Source: an uncultured Solirubrobacteraceae bacterium (lineage in GTDB: Bacteria > Actinomycetota > Thermoleophilia > Solirubrobacterales > Solirubrobacteraceae). Taken from it: 64,000 bases of DNA. Below, in pieces: positions 27,497 through 37,021 of this stretch. How positions within the stretch are numbered: position 1 is the stretch's first letter; each line of letters starts with the position of its first letter. The stretch covers positions 403,507 through 467,506 of the forward strand of contig CAVUVE010000012.1 of NCBI GenBank assembly GCA_963744845.1, given 5' to 3'. A program made the translations under genes and the position numbers. Below the pieces are notes generated by a model. It searched no databases, was not told the DNA's origin, and was given only the letters and a program-made list of their open reading frames with translations.

Positions 27497-28657
27497 GTGG
27501 ACGGAGAAGCGACACGGGTGATCGTGATCGGTGGTGGCCTCGGCGGCCTCACCGCGGCCGCCGCGCTTCAGGCACGGGGCGTGCCGGTGGTCGTGTTCGA
27601 GCGCCAGCCGGAGCTCCGCGAGCTGGGTACGGGAGTCGGGATCCAGCGCGTGGCCGCCCAGGCGCTGGCGATGCTGGGGCTCCGCGACAGCCTGCGCGAA
27701 ATCTCGGGTCCCGGGCTTGAAGCGTTGCGCCTCGTCTCGTGGAAGGACGGCCGCACGCTGGCGGAGGTCCCGTGGCACCGCGAGGTTGTAGCTGTGCATC
27801 GCGGGGAGTTGCTCGAGCTCCTGGCGCGAGCGCTTGGCGACCGGAGTGTCGTTCATTGCGGTATGGAGTGCGTCGGCTTTCGGCAGGATAGGAACGGCGT
27901 GTCGGCGCTCTTCGCCGACGGTGGCGAGCAGCTCGGCGCGGCGCTCGTGGGAGCGGACGGGGTGGACTCTGTGATCCGCGCGAAGGTGATCGGCGACGGT
28001 CGGCTGCGCTACTCGGGTGCCACGGTCTGGCGCGCGTTGCCGGAATTCACACACGCGTCGCTGGGGCAGGACTTCGCGCAACAGGTATATGGACCGGCTT
28101 GCATCTTCGGGATGTTCCCGGTCGACCACCGGCTGTTCTGGTGGGGGAGTCAGATCCGGCCCGAGGGCTCTGTTGACCCGCCGAGCGGCCGCAAGCGGGA
28201 CCTGTTGGACACGTTCGGCGGTTGGCCCGCGGGGGTCCAGGAGGTGATCGAGGCGACGCTCGAGGAGCAGATCGTTCGCCAGGACTTATTCGACCGCAAG
28301 CCCGTCGCGCGTTGGGACGAGGGCCGGGTGACCCTGCTCGGCGATGCGGCACATCCAACGACGCCGACCCTCGGGCAGGGCGCCGGAATGGCGATCGAAG
28401 ACGGCGTCGTGCTCGGGCGCGAGCTGTCCGCGGTCGGTCCGCTCTCCACACCCGGAGCGGTACAGGCCGCGTTCGCGACCTACGGGCGCATGCGGATCCC
28501 GCGCACCAGCACGATCGTCAACCGCTCCGCGCGGCTGGGCAAGCTGTCACATGTGAAGAAGCCCCCAGCGCTGTTCATGCGAGAGCGGGTTCTATCGGCG
28601 ATGCCCCGACGCTTCTGGCAGCTGCTGTGGGAACAGGAGCGCACCTACCAACTCTGA
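27497..28657 (+). CDS. FAD-dependent aromatic-ring monooxygenase (salicylate hydroxylase-like)
   Basis: VIVIGGGLGGLTAA, GADGVDSVIR and LLGDAAHPTTPTLGQGAGMAIED motifs. Confidence 0.88.
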   Translation: MDGEATRVIVIGGGLGGLTAAAALQARGVPVVVFERQPELRELGTGVGIQRVAAQALAMLGLRDSLREISGPGLEALRLVSWKDGRTLAEVPWHREVVAVHRGELLELLARALGDRSVVHCGMECVGFRQDRNGVSALFADGGEQLGAALVGADGVDSVIRAKVIGDGRLRYSGATVWRALPEFTHASLGQDFAQQVYGPACIFGMFPVDHRLFWWGSQIRPEGSVDPPSGRKRDLLDTFGGWPAGVQEVIEATLEEQIVRQDLFDRKPVARWDEGRVTLLGDAAHPTTPTLGQGAGMAIEDGVVLGRELSAVGPLSTPGAVQAAFATYGRMRIPRTSTIVNRSARLGKLSHVKKPPALFMRERVLSAMPRRFWQLLWEQERTYQL

Positions 28658-28672
28658 GCGACGACGCCCGGC

Positions 28673-30424
28673 CTACGATGGGGATCCGGCGGTTGTCGCG
28701 GCCGTCGTGTCCCAGATGCGATCGATGCCGTCGACGATCTGCCTGGCCTCGTCAACCGTCATCCCGCCGCTGTCGAACAGCCCGTCGGTTTCCCACCTCG
28801 CCGGGTCCAAGCCGACAACGTAGGGGTTGATCGCCCGATCGGTCGGCAACGACTGCGGCAGCGTACGGGCGGCTCGCTCGAATATTGCGATCGCCATCGC
28901 TTCCGAGTTGCGGACGTTCTCGCGTAGGGCGTCAAGCAGCGAGGTGTCGTCCGGATACTCCTTGACAAGACCCAGAAAGCCCTGAATCGCGACGGCGGGC
29001 GGAACGGGCATGACCGGCGCCTGCTCCGCCTGTTCTATCGCATGCCAGTCACGCGCCAGCTTGTGCATGTTGATGCCCAGCTGCTCGAGTTGCCCCAGGT
29101 ACTCGTCCGCACGCTTCATGAACTCGAGGTCGGTCGCTCGGTTCTGCGTGAAGATCAAGTTGTAGCCGACATGACTGGCGTAGAAGTCCCATGTCAGAAA
29201 GCCGCTCAGGACCCGGGGGTTACCAAAGAGTGGATATGAGTCGCGGTACCTGGAGATGACGTAGTCGAACAGCCGCTGGTACATCTCGTTGTAATAGTCA
29301 GCTCGGTCCGAGATGCTCTCCCCGTCGAGGTCGCGGACGACGAGGTCAGCCGTGAACGTGTTGCTGTAACCAATGAAGTCAGAACCGGGGGAATAGAACG
29401 GATCGGCGAACGCGGCCGCCTCGCCCACGAGCGACCATCGGTCCGTTGAGAAGGCCTGCTTGACCCCGTAGGCGAAGTCGGTGACGCGGAGGAAGTCCTC
29501 GATGTCGTCCTGACGCGCCGCGACGGTCGCCGCGAGCTGCGGCTCGTGTTTGTGCAACCAGGCGAGGAGCCGCTCGAATTCGTTGATCTCCTCATACGGG
29601 TGAATTCTCGGGTCGGCGCAGACGCCGATACTGATCGGTCCGCTCGAGAGCGGAATCAGCCACACCCAATAGCCCTCGCCCATCAGGTGGTTGGTGCTGA
29701 GCTTGCGAATACCGGGCTCGGACATGCGCGCCATCCAGGCCGCATCGTGTCGCCCCCAGTCCTCCAGATCGAGCCCGCCTCCCAAGCGGAACCACGCAGA
29801 GTTGATGTGATGCCCGCAATCGGCCGCCAGCCCGAGCTTGCGCTTGACGATGGCGGCGCGGCCCGAGGCGTCCACCACCCAGTGCGTCGTCAGGCTGCTC
29901 ACGCTGTCGAACTGCTCGAAGCTCACGCGGTGGGCATCGGTGCCGAGCTCGACCTCTTGCACCCGGGCGCCCTGCTGGACATCGACGCCGAGCGCGCGGG
30001 CGCGCGCAGCGAGCTTGTTCTCAAACAAGCCTCGGTCGATCTGGAAGTTGTCATGCGGAGGGAAGAACGGCACTCCGAGCTCGGCGCGCATCGTGATGTC
30101 CCCGTTGCCCTCGGCCGGAAGGAAATAGCGCAGCCCACACTTCTTCAGCTGCGTCTGCTCGAGATGCTCGCGCATCCCGACGACCTCGGAGAAATAGTGC
30201 GCTCCCGAAGCCACGGTCGACTCGCCGACCTTGAAGGCCGCCAGCGGAGCGGGGCCCTCGCGCTTCTCGAGCACGACCACACGTGTCTCGGGCCGAGCAA
30301 GCTTGATCTGGATGGACAGCGTCAGACCGGCCAGCCCCCCTCCCAGGATCGCCACGTCATAACGGTCAGCCGGGGGGCGGAATGCCCCGATCTCGACAAT
30401 CGACTTGCCCCGTTCGATGCTCAT
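28673..30424 (-). CDS. flavin-dependent halogenase-like protein
   Basis: ATG at 30424 (MSIERG). It has GxGxxG (VAILGGGLAGLT), a Lys-containing FKVGEST segment, the WxWxIP motif (GYWVWLIPL) and FADPFYSPGSD. A roughly 150-aa C-terminal extension follows. Confidence 0.7.
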   Translation of the reverse strand: MSIERGKSIVEIGAFRPPADRYDVAILGGGLAGLTLSIQIKLARPETRVVVLEKREGPAPLAAFKVGESTVASGAHYFSEVVGMREHLEQTQLKKCGLRYFLPAEGNGDITMRAELGVPFFPPHDNFQIDRGLFENKLAARARALGVDVQQGARVQEVELGTDAHRVSFEQFDSVSSLTTHWVVDASGRAAIVKRKLGLAADCGHHINSAWFRLGGGLDLEDWGRHDAAWMARMSEPGIRKLSTNHLMGEGYWVWLIPLSSGPISIGVCADPRIHPYEEINEFERLLAWLHKHEPQLAATVAARQDDIEDFLRVTDFAYGVKQAFSTDRWSLVGEAAAFADPFYSPGSDFIGYSNTFTADLVVRDLDGESISDRADYYNEMYQRLFDYVISRYRDSYPLFGNPRVLSGFLTWDFYASHVGYNLIFTQNRATDLEFMKRADEYLGQLEQLGINMHKLARDWHAIEQAEQAPVMPVPPAVAIQGFLGLVKEYPDDTSLLDALRENVRNSEAMAIAIFERAARTLPQSLPTDRAINPYVVGLDPARWETDGLFDSGGMTVDEARQIVDGIDRIWDTTAATTAGSPS

Positions 30425-30683
30425 GGTCACCAGTCCCCGAATCGTCGACCTAACGGCCGGCCCTGCGACCAGCCTATGCCCGCAACCGTCGGACGCCACT
30501 CTATGAGCTGCCGCGATGCGGTGCAACACCGCACGGACGTGCGTGCTGACGAGACCTCCGGGGAGGCTGTCCGCCACTCACGTCTCCTTCCTCGTGGGAG
30601 TCCTCAGCCTACCCAGCGGCGAGCGGCGCGCCCACCATAGTGCCGATGCAAAAGTAGGCTTCGTCGATGGGTAGCCACCATCG

Positions 30684-32135
30684 TTGGGTCTCGACCGCCG
30701 GGTGCGCGTCGCTGGTGCGACGATCAGGTCGTGCGCGTTGACTGTGGCGCCGACGTCCGTCGAGCAACCGCGGGCTCAGCTGGGCCTGGTCGCGACGGGG
30801 GCGCTGGTCGTGGGTGGGATCATCGGCACCGGAATCTTCGCGGTCCCCGCTGCGGTGGCGAAGTTCGGCTGGATGGCCTACCCGGCGTTCGCCGTCGTCA
30901 CGATCGGTTCGGTCATGCTCGCCGTGGTGTTCGCCGCCCTGGCGCGCGACGATCCGCGCAACGGCGGCCCGGCCTACGTCTACGCTCAGCAGGCCTTCGG
31001 TCCCTTCACCGGATTCCTGTCGGCGTGGAGCTACTGGATCCAGGGATGGACCGGACAGGCGACGATCTCGGTCGCCGGTGCGGGGTACCTGATCGCGCTG
31101 CTGGGGGTGAGCGGGTCAGGCTGGGTGTTGGCCATGTCGTTGGTCTTCGTGTGGCTGCCGGCGGTCGTCAACGTCGTGCGCCCGGGCGCCGTGGGCGGGG
31201 TCCAGGTGATCGCCACGCTCCTCAAGCTCATCCCGCTGATCGTGATCGGCGTGGCTGGCATCGTTTTGCTGCACACCGGCGACATCGGGCGCCCGCGCTC
31301 CACCGGCACGGCACTCGCCTCCCTTGGTCCGGCGTGCGCGGTCCTCCTGTTCAGCTTCCTCGGCATGGAGGGCGCCGCGGTCGCCGCCGGACGGGTCCGC
31401 AATGCGGCGCGCACGATCCCGCAGGCCACCGTCCTTGGGGTCCTCGTGTGTGCCGGGGTGTATTTGATTGGGTTGCTCGGCGTCCAGGGCAGCGTGCCCC
31501 AGGCGACGCTGATGACCTCCACCGCGCCGTTCGCGGCCGCCGCGCAGGCGATCACCGGTGCGCACTGGCCGGCGCACGTCGTCGAGGTGGTGGCGTGCGT
31601 ATCCGCCTTCGGCGCGCTCAACGGCTGGACGATGGTCAACGGAGAGATGGCCGAGGCGGCCGCCCGCGACCGCCTGTTCCCCGACGCCGTCGCCCAGCGC
31701 GACGCCCGTGGAATCCCCGTCCTGGCGATTGTCATCAACACGGTGCTGGCCACGTTGCTGCTGATCGCCAACGCCGCGGGAAACGTCGTCGATCTGTTCA
31801 CGACGCTCGCGCTGCTGAGCACGTTCGTCTACGTCCTGACCTACGTCCTGGCGGTGGCCGCCTTGCTCATGCGCATCATCCGCGGGCAGACGACGCAGAC
31901 CGGCCGACCGCTCGCCCTCGAAACGCTCGCCGCCGGCCTGGCTCTGGCCTTCAGCATCTGGATGATCGGCGCGACGGGCAAGCACACCGTGTTCGACGGC
32001 GTACTGCTCGTGCTGATTGGGATTCCCGTCTACCTCGCCGACCAGTGGCGCCGATCGCGAGCAGGGACGCCCGAGCCCGCCCCGGCCGATCCGCCGTCCG
32101 AAACCCCGAGCGCCGGCGCGCGCGAGCGCGGCTGA
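30684..32135 (+). CDS. APC-family amino acid/polyamine permease
   Basis: 12-TM ORF with GGIIGTGIFAVP and GGPAYVYAQQAFG motifs. The exact start is uncertain. Confidence 0.85.
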   Translation: MGLDRRVRVAGATIRSCALTVAPTSVEQPRAQLGLVATGALVVGGIIGTGIFAVPAAVAKFGWMAYPAFAVVTIGSVMLAVVFAALARDDPRNGGPAYVYAQQAFGPFTGFLSAWSYWIQGWTGQATISVAGAGYLIALLGVSGSGWVLAMSLVFVWLPAVVNVVRPGAVGGVQVIATLLKLIPLIVIGVAGIVLLHTGDIGRPRSTGTALASLGPACAVLLFSFLGMEGAAVAAGRVRNAARTIPQATVLGVLVCAGVYLIGLLGVQGSVPQATLMTSTAPFAAAAQAITGAHWPAHVVEVVACVSAFGALNGWTMVNGEMAEAAARDRLFPDAVAQRDARGIPVLAIVINTVLATLLLIANAAGNVVDLFTTLALLSTFVYVLTYVLAVAALLMRIIRGQTTQTGRPLALETLAAGLALAFSIWMIGATGKHTVFDGVLLVLIGIPVYLADQWRRSRAGTPEPAPADPPSETPSAGARERG

Positions 32136-32587
32136 CTCACCACGCACGAGACCAACACCGAACAAGCAGCCCCCGAGCAACGCTCCGCGAAACTCTCGTT
32201 TTCTCGCCCTCGCCAATCCGACACTCCGGGCAAGACCTCCGCTTTCCACCAACGACCTCGACGAGGCGGCCCTCGCAGAAGGGGATCCCCTTGTGCGATG
32301 AGCCCCCCGCCGCCTTCCGGCGTCCGCTGGTGGATCCCCTCTGACGCGCGTCCGTGAGCGGCCGAGCGCCGCCGGTGGGTCCGGCGGCGCCAACGGTCAG
32401 CGAGCGTCGGTTGTGTGAGCGCTCAGCGGGTTCTTGTTGGATGGTTGGGGGATGCCGGCGCGGGGCACTTGGTCGGGACGGGCTCGTCGATGCGTCGTTG
32501 GGACCCGCCGGGGTTTCTCGCGGTGTGATGGAATCTGCTTTTGGGCGTATAGCTTGCAGTGTTCTGCAGGTCGATCGAGGGGGTTCT

Positions 32588-33307
32588 ATGCCTGTGCGGA
32601 TCGTCGCCGCCGTGGCCGTCTTGTCGCTGATCTTTGCGTCGGCAGCGGTCGCCGATGTGACCTCGGCGTCGACGCTGAGCGTCGACGGGTCAGGGTCGGT
32701 GATGGTGACGCCTGACCTGGCGTCTTTGTCGGTATCGGTGTCTCGGTCGGCGGCGAGGTCTGCTGCCGCGCTTTCGGCCGCGAACCGGAGGGTCGGCGCG
32801 ATCGTCGCTGGCATCCGCGCGGCGGGCGTGCCGAAGGCCGGGATCCAGACGAATTCCATTGACGTGTCCCGCGGGACGGTGCGAGTCGGGCCGCCTGGGC
32901 ATAAGCATCGGGTGAGGCGCTACACGGCCACGGAGTCGCTCTCGATCACCTCGAGGACATCGATCGTCGGGCGGGTGATAGACGCCGCGACGCGTGCGGG
33001 CGCCGACAGCATCAACGGGCCGGACTTCTCATTCTCGGATCCGTCCGCCGGAGCGGTAGCCGCAACGAACGCCGCGCTAGCGGACGCTCGCCGGCGTGCT
33101 AACGCAGCGGCGGCGTCGCTCGGCTACCACGTGACTGGTGTGCAGTCCGTCAATCTGAATCCGCAATCGACGGTCGTGGCGCCGGTCAGTGCGGGCGGCG
33201 CGGCCCCGGGGACCTCCTCCACCCCAACGACGCCGACGAACATACACCCCGGCGCCGAGGAGGTCGACGCGACGGTCGCCATTGTCTACACGATCGCCCC
33301 CGACTGA
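32588..33307 (+). CDS. SIMPL (DUF541) domain secreted protein
   Basis: ATG at 32588 with a signal peptide (MPVRIVAAVAVLSLIFASAAVA). L.V.G.G.V.V.PD.A pattern and a C-terminal I.PGE..V.A.V.VVY-like end. Confidence 0.85.
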   Translation: MPVRIVAAVAVLSLIFASAAVADVTSASTLSVDGSGSVMVTPDLASLSVSVSRSAARSAAALSAANRRVGAIVAGIRAAGVPKAGIQTNSIDVSRGTVRVGPPGHKHRVRRYTATESLSITSRTSIVGRVIDAATRAGADSINGPDFSFSDPSAGAVAATNAALADARRRANAAAASLGYHVTGVQSVNLNPQSTVVAPVSAGGAAPGTSSTPTTPTNIHPGAEEVDATVAIVYTIAPD

Positions 33308-33681
33308 TCGTCCGAAGAACGCGGCAGGGTGCGAGGCCAGAGCAGGCGTCGCGCGGCTCAGAGTTGTTCGATGAGCGATCGCTAACCGCACGGGCCGAGC
33401 GAACCACGGCGACTTGAAACCGGCTCAGCAAGGTCGTCTCACAAGACCGGTCCGATGAAATTCGCAATGGCCGAGGGCTAAACGGACGTCCAACCGGTGG
33501 CGGGCACCCGGCCCGGACCCGCACTGGGATCCCGCCTCTGCGTCGGGTACGGGACCCTTGGTTGCCGACGCGCACCGAAGCGCTCAAGCGGTACAACGAA
33601 CTGGTACAGCCGCCGACAAAAGGAACGACCCGGAGCCCCCGCGCTCCTGAAAATACCTGCAAATCGGCCACTTCTTCGGAG

Positions 33682-33755
33682 GGTGAGCGAGGGGACTCGA
33701 ACCCCCGACCGCCTGGACCACAACCAGGAGCTCTACCAACTGAGCTACGCCCACC
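33682..33755 (-). tRNA. tRNA-His (anticodon GTG), with encoded G-1, CCA not encoded
   Basis: Cloverleaf folded by hand: G-1, acceptor GTGGGCG/CGCTCAC, D arm GCTC-AGTTGGTA-GAGC, anticodon arm CCTGG-TTGTGGT-CCAGG, T arm GGGGG-TTCGAGT-CCCCT, discriminator C. Confidence 0.9.
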
Positions 33756-33860
33756 GTGGGACCCGGGAATCTACCAGTCAGGGCTTGCCGCGCCGCGGTG
33801 AGCTCGTTCGCCGGTGTTGCCGTGGGACCGGTCAGCTCGTCGGCGACGGCCCCCGGGTAT

Positions 33861-34376
33861 TCACCATCGGCCTCGGTGGACGACGTCGTCAAACGCTCGA
33901 CGGTTGATCTTCGTCAACGGCGCGAGGGGCCGGTCGGCCGGATAGCCGAGCGCGAGCATGTACGACCCGTGCCGATCCTCGGGAATGGCGAGCAGCCGGC
34001 GGAGCCGGTCCTGGTCACCGATTGCGGAATGGCCCGATCCGATGCCAAGGTCGGCGGCTGCCAGAGCCATCTGGATCGTCGCCTGGCCGTGGTCGTACTG
34101 GATCAACCCGGCCTGTCGCGCGTCGTCGGTGATCGGCGCGACGAGCACGATCGTGGCGGCAGAGCCGGCCACGTGCCCGGCGCCCTGCCACACCTGCGAC
34201 AACTCCTCAAGGTCCTGGCGGTCGCTGACCACGACGAAGTCCCACGGCTGGGTGTTCGACGCAGACGGGGCTCGGCGGCCGGCCTCGAGAATCCGATCGA
34301 GGTGCTCGTCGGCGATCGGCTGATCGGTATATGCGCGCACGTTGCGCCGGGCACGAATGGCGTCCCAGGTCTCCAT
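33861..34376 (-). CDS. nitroreductase family protein
   Basis: METWDAIRARRNVRAYTDQPI...APSASNTQPW signature. I chose the ATG at 34376. Confidence 0.88.
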   Translation of the reverse strand: METWDAIRARRNVRAYTDQPIADEHLDRILEAGRRAPSASNTQPWDFVVVSDRQDLEELSQVWQGAGHVAGSAATIVLVAPITDDARQAGLIQYDHGQATIQMALAAADLGIGSGHSAIGDQDRLRRLLAIPEDRHGSYMLALGYPADRPLAPLTKINRRAFDDVVHRGRW

Positions 34377-34427
34377 CTCAGCTCCCTTCGTGGGTGGGAT
34401 ACCCATTGTCCCGCGCCTCGGGCGCGC

Positions 34428-34868
34428 TTACTCGGCGGTGAGGTCGCTGAGGAAGTGGCGGAGGTCGATGATGTGTCGCTTGTCGAGGTCGACCGAGCAC
34501 GTGGCGTCGAGGACGGCTGACTCGGTGCCGCCCCGAAGCACATCGGCGCGACTCCGGCAGAAGGCCCGCCGGTAGGCCAGCCACGCCTGGTGGCCGGCGA
34601 CGAAGCGCCGCTGTGCGGCGTGATCGCCCACCCGCGCGACGATCTCCCGGTTGAGGCTGTCGATCTGCTTGTCGGCGGCAAGGATCTGATGTTCGGCGCA
34701 GCCTTCCTGCTCGAGCGTCGTGCGCTGCGCAGGCGCGCCGGTGCACGGCAGGACGGTAAATGTCTCGTGGATCGTCGGCACGGTGACCCTGCCCGCTCCG
34801 GCGCCCACCGCGACTCCCGGAAGCGCGGCGACCAGCGCGAGCAAACCGGCGAGGAGCCCGGTGCGCAT
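34428..34868 (-). CDS. secreted DUF1311/LprI-like (lysozyme-inhibitor-like) protein
   Basis: ATG at 34868 with a signal peptide. C....L..AD..L...Y.......AQ..W..YR...C pattern with 4 Cys. Confidence 0.75.
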   Translation of the reverse strand: MRTGLLAGLLALVAALPGVAVGAGAGRVTVPTIHETFTVLPCTGAPAQRTTLEQEGCAEHQILAADKQIDSLNREIVARVGDHAAQRRFVAGHQAWLAYRRAFCRSRADVLRGGTESAVLDATCSVDLDKRHIIDLRHFLSDLTAE

Positions 34869-35052
34869 GCGTGCAATCACGCCGCCCAGCCTATCCGCTC
34901 GCGTCCTGCACAGCCACGGCACGGCGGCGCGCTCCACGATGGCAGCGTCGCGGGCGGTGTCACGGCCGGAAGGGCTGTCTTGTCTTGTGGAAAATGCAAG
35001 GGTTCCCGGCCAAGGAGTTGACGATGAGAGTGTTCGAGGCAGCAGGCCAGGC

Positions 35053-35979
35053 ATGACCGATCGCGAGCGACTCCTTGACGAGCTGCGGCCGGTCGCGTCG
35101 GCGATCGCTTACCGGATGCTCGGAAGCGTCTCCGAGGCCGAGGACGTGGTGCAGGAAGCGCTGCTGCGGGTCCATCAGACGCTTGATGCCGGCGAGCAGA
35201 TCACGTCGCTTCGGGCGTTCGTGGCCACCGTGACGACCCGCCTGGCGATCAACGAGCTGCGCTCGGCGCGCGCTCGGCGCGAGCGCTACGTCGGCGAGTG
35301 GCTGCCAGAACCGATCATCACCGACGGCCGCGACGATCCGGCCCGGCACGCCGAGATCGCCGATTCGCTGTCGCTGGCGATGCTGGTGTTGCTGGAGAGC
35401 CTCTCCCCCGAGCAGCGAGCCGTGCTGCTGCTTCACGACGTGTTCGACTACGGGTTTCGGGAGATCGCGGCGATCGTCGGCAAGAGCGAGGCCAACGTGC
35501 GCCAGCTCGCCACCCGCGCCCGGCGCCACGTCGAGCAGGGACGCGGCGGGCGGGTCCGCTTCCAGACGACGCGCGAGCAGCGTGATGCGCTGGCACGACG
35601 GTTCTTTGCGGCCACCGAGCACGGCGATCTCGCGGGGCTCGAGGCGCTGCTCGCCGCCGACGTCAAGCTGACCGGCGATGGCGGCGGCAAGGTTCCGGCG
35701 CTCGCGCGGTCATTGCACGGGCGCAACCGCGTCGCCCGGACGCTGATCAACTGGACCCGCCTGGCCGCCCGCATTCCAGGCGTATCGATGCACCCCGTGG
35801 AGGTCAACGGCGGCCCGGGAGCGCTCTACCTCGACGACCAGGAGCGGGTGATCAGCGTGTTGGCGCTCGATATCACCGGCGGGGAGATCACCGGGATCAG
35901 CTCGATCGTCAACCCGGACAAGCTGACCCACCTCGGGCCGATCGCGGACGTCAGATCATTGCTGCGGGCGGCCAGGTAG
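35053..35979 (+). CDS. ECF sigma factor with C-terminal SnoaL-like extension (SigJ/ECF41-type)
   Basis: Region 2 (AEDVVQEALLRV), region 4 (LSPEQRAVLLLHDVFDYGFREIAAIVGKSEANVRQLATRARR) and a roughly 130-aa NTF2-like tail. Confidence 0.88.
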   Translation: MTDRERLLDELRPVASAIAYRMLGSVSEAEDVVQEALLRVHQTLDAGEQITSLRAFVATVTTRLAINELRSARARRERYVGEWLPEPIITDGRDDPARHAEIADSLSLAMLVLLESLSPEQRAVLLLHDVFDYGFREIAAIVGKSEANVRQLATRARRHVEQGRGGRVRFQTTREQRDALARRFFAATEHGDLAGLEALLAADVKLTGDGGGKVPALARSLHGRNRVARTLINWTRLAARIPGVSMHPVEVNGGPGALYLDDQERVISVLALDITGGEITGISSIVNPDKLTHLGPIADVRSLLRAAR

Positions 35980-36069
35980 CTCCTGGCGCGGCCGGCCTGG
36001 CCACGAGCTCACGGCGTGCGCCACCTGGCCTCCGGCTTCGCTGCGGCGCTTGTCGGGTAGCTGACGGCG

Positions 36070-36987
36070 ATGAGCGGCCCCGCTGATCTGCTGAACGGGA
36101 CGCGCGGTGCGGCCGCGAGGCTGATCGGCGCCTACGCGCGGATGGGTGGGGCCGTCGCGTCTGACGTTGCCGGCGCCGCCACCCGGCGGGCGAGCAAAGA
36201 CCCGTTCGCGGTTCGCGATCCCGACTACATCGAGCGCACCCTGCCCGCGTGGCGAGCGATGTCGCGCCTGTACTTCCGAGCTGACGTGCGCGGGCTCGGT
36301 CACATCCCGGCCGAGGGCCCGGTGCTTCTGGTCGGCAATCACTCGGGGGGGATCCTGATCGCTGACACCTTCGTCTTTGCTCAGGCGTTCTATGACCACT
36401 TCGGTGCCCAGCGCCGCTTCTATCAGCTGGCGCACGACCTCGTCTTCAAGACTCCCGGGGCCCGGGCGCTCGTCCAGCGCTACGGGACGGTGCCCGCATC
36501 TCCGCAGAACATGGCACGAGCGCTCGAGCGGGACGCCGCGCTGCTCGTGTACCCCGGCGGCGATGACGAGACGTTTCGGCCGAGCTGGGAGTCGGGCACG
36601 ATCGATTTCGCCGGCCGGACAGGCTTCATCAAGCTCGCCCTCGAACACGATGTGCCCATCGTTCCGGTCGTCTCCATCGGCGGCCAGGAGACCGGGCTGT
36701 TCCTCGGACGCGGGCGCGGCGTCGCCCGCGCTCTGAGCCTGGACCGGCTGCGCCTCAAGGTGCTGCCCGCCGTCGTCGGACCGCCGTTCGGCGTCACCGT
36801 CCTTGACCTCCCCGCGCGCGTCCCCCTGCCCTCGAAGATCTCGATCCGGGTGCTCAAGCCGATCGACCTGCGGGCACGGCTGGGCACGGACGCCAGCGTC
36901 GACGACGGCTACCGGTTGGTGACGTCCACGATGCAGCGCATGCTGACCAGATTGTCGAACGAGCGCAACGTGCCGGTCATCGGCTGA
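36070..36987 (+). CDS. lysophospholipid (1-acyl-glycerol-3-phosphate-type) acyltransferase family protein
   Basis: HxxxxD-type block VGNHSGGILIAD, plus YPGG and IVPV blocks. Confidence 0.82.
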   Translation: MSGPADLLNGTRGAAARLIGAYARMGGAVASDVAGAATRRASKDPFAVRDPDYIERTLPAWRAMSRLYFRADVRGLGHIPAEGPVLLVGNHSGGILIADTFVFAQAFYDHFGAQRRFYQLAHDLVFKTPGARALVQRYGTVPASPQNMARALERDAALLVYPGGDDETFRPSWESGTIDFAGRTGFIKLALEHDVPIVPVVSIGGQETGLFLGRGRGVARALSLDRLRLKVLPAVVGPPFGVTVLDLPARVPLPSKISIRVLKPIDLRARLGTDASVDDGYRLVTSTMQRMLTRLSNERNVPVIG

Positions 36988-37021
36988 GCCCGGTCCCGGC
37001 GGAGGCGGCTGTCGCGGCCCC

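Noticed and set aside
30731-32393. A 537-aa plus-strand alternative-frame ORF and a 425-aa minus-strand ORF over the APC permease.
   Set aside because: The APC frame shows 12 hydrophobic helices and family motifs. The others are Arg-rich artefacts.
32135-32587. Palindromes in the 450-nt gap after the permease: AAGGGGATCCCCTT near 32279, and a 9-bp stem CGCCGCCGG-N5-CCGGCGGCG near 32368.
   Set aside because: GC-rich hairpins are frequent by chance at this GC content. There is no trailing T-run and no positional logic for a terminator or riboswitch that I could defend.
33562-33801. A 79-aa plus-strand ORF overlapping the tRNA-His locus.
   Set aside because: Most of it is the antisense of the tRNA, so it is not credible as coding.
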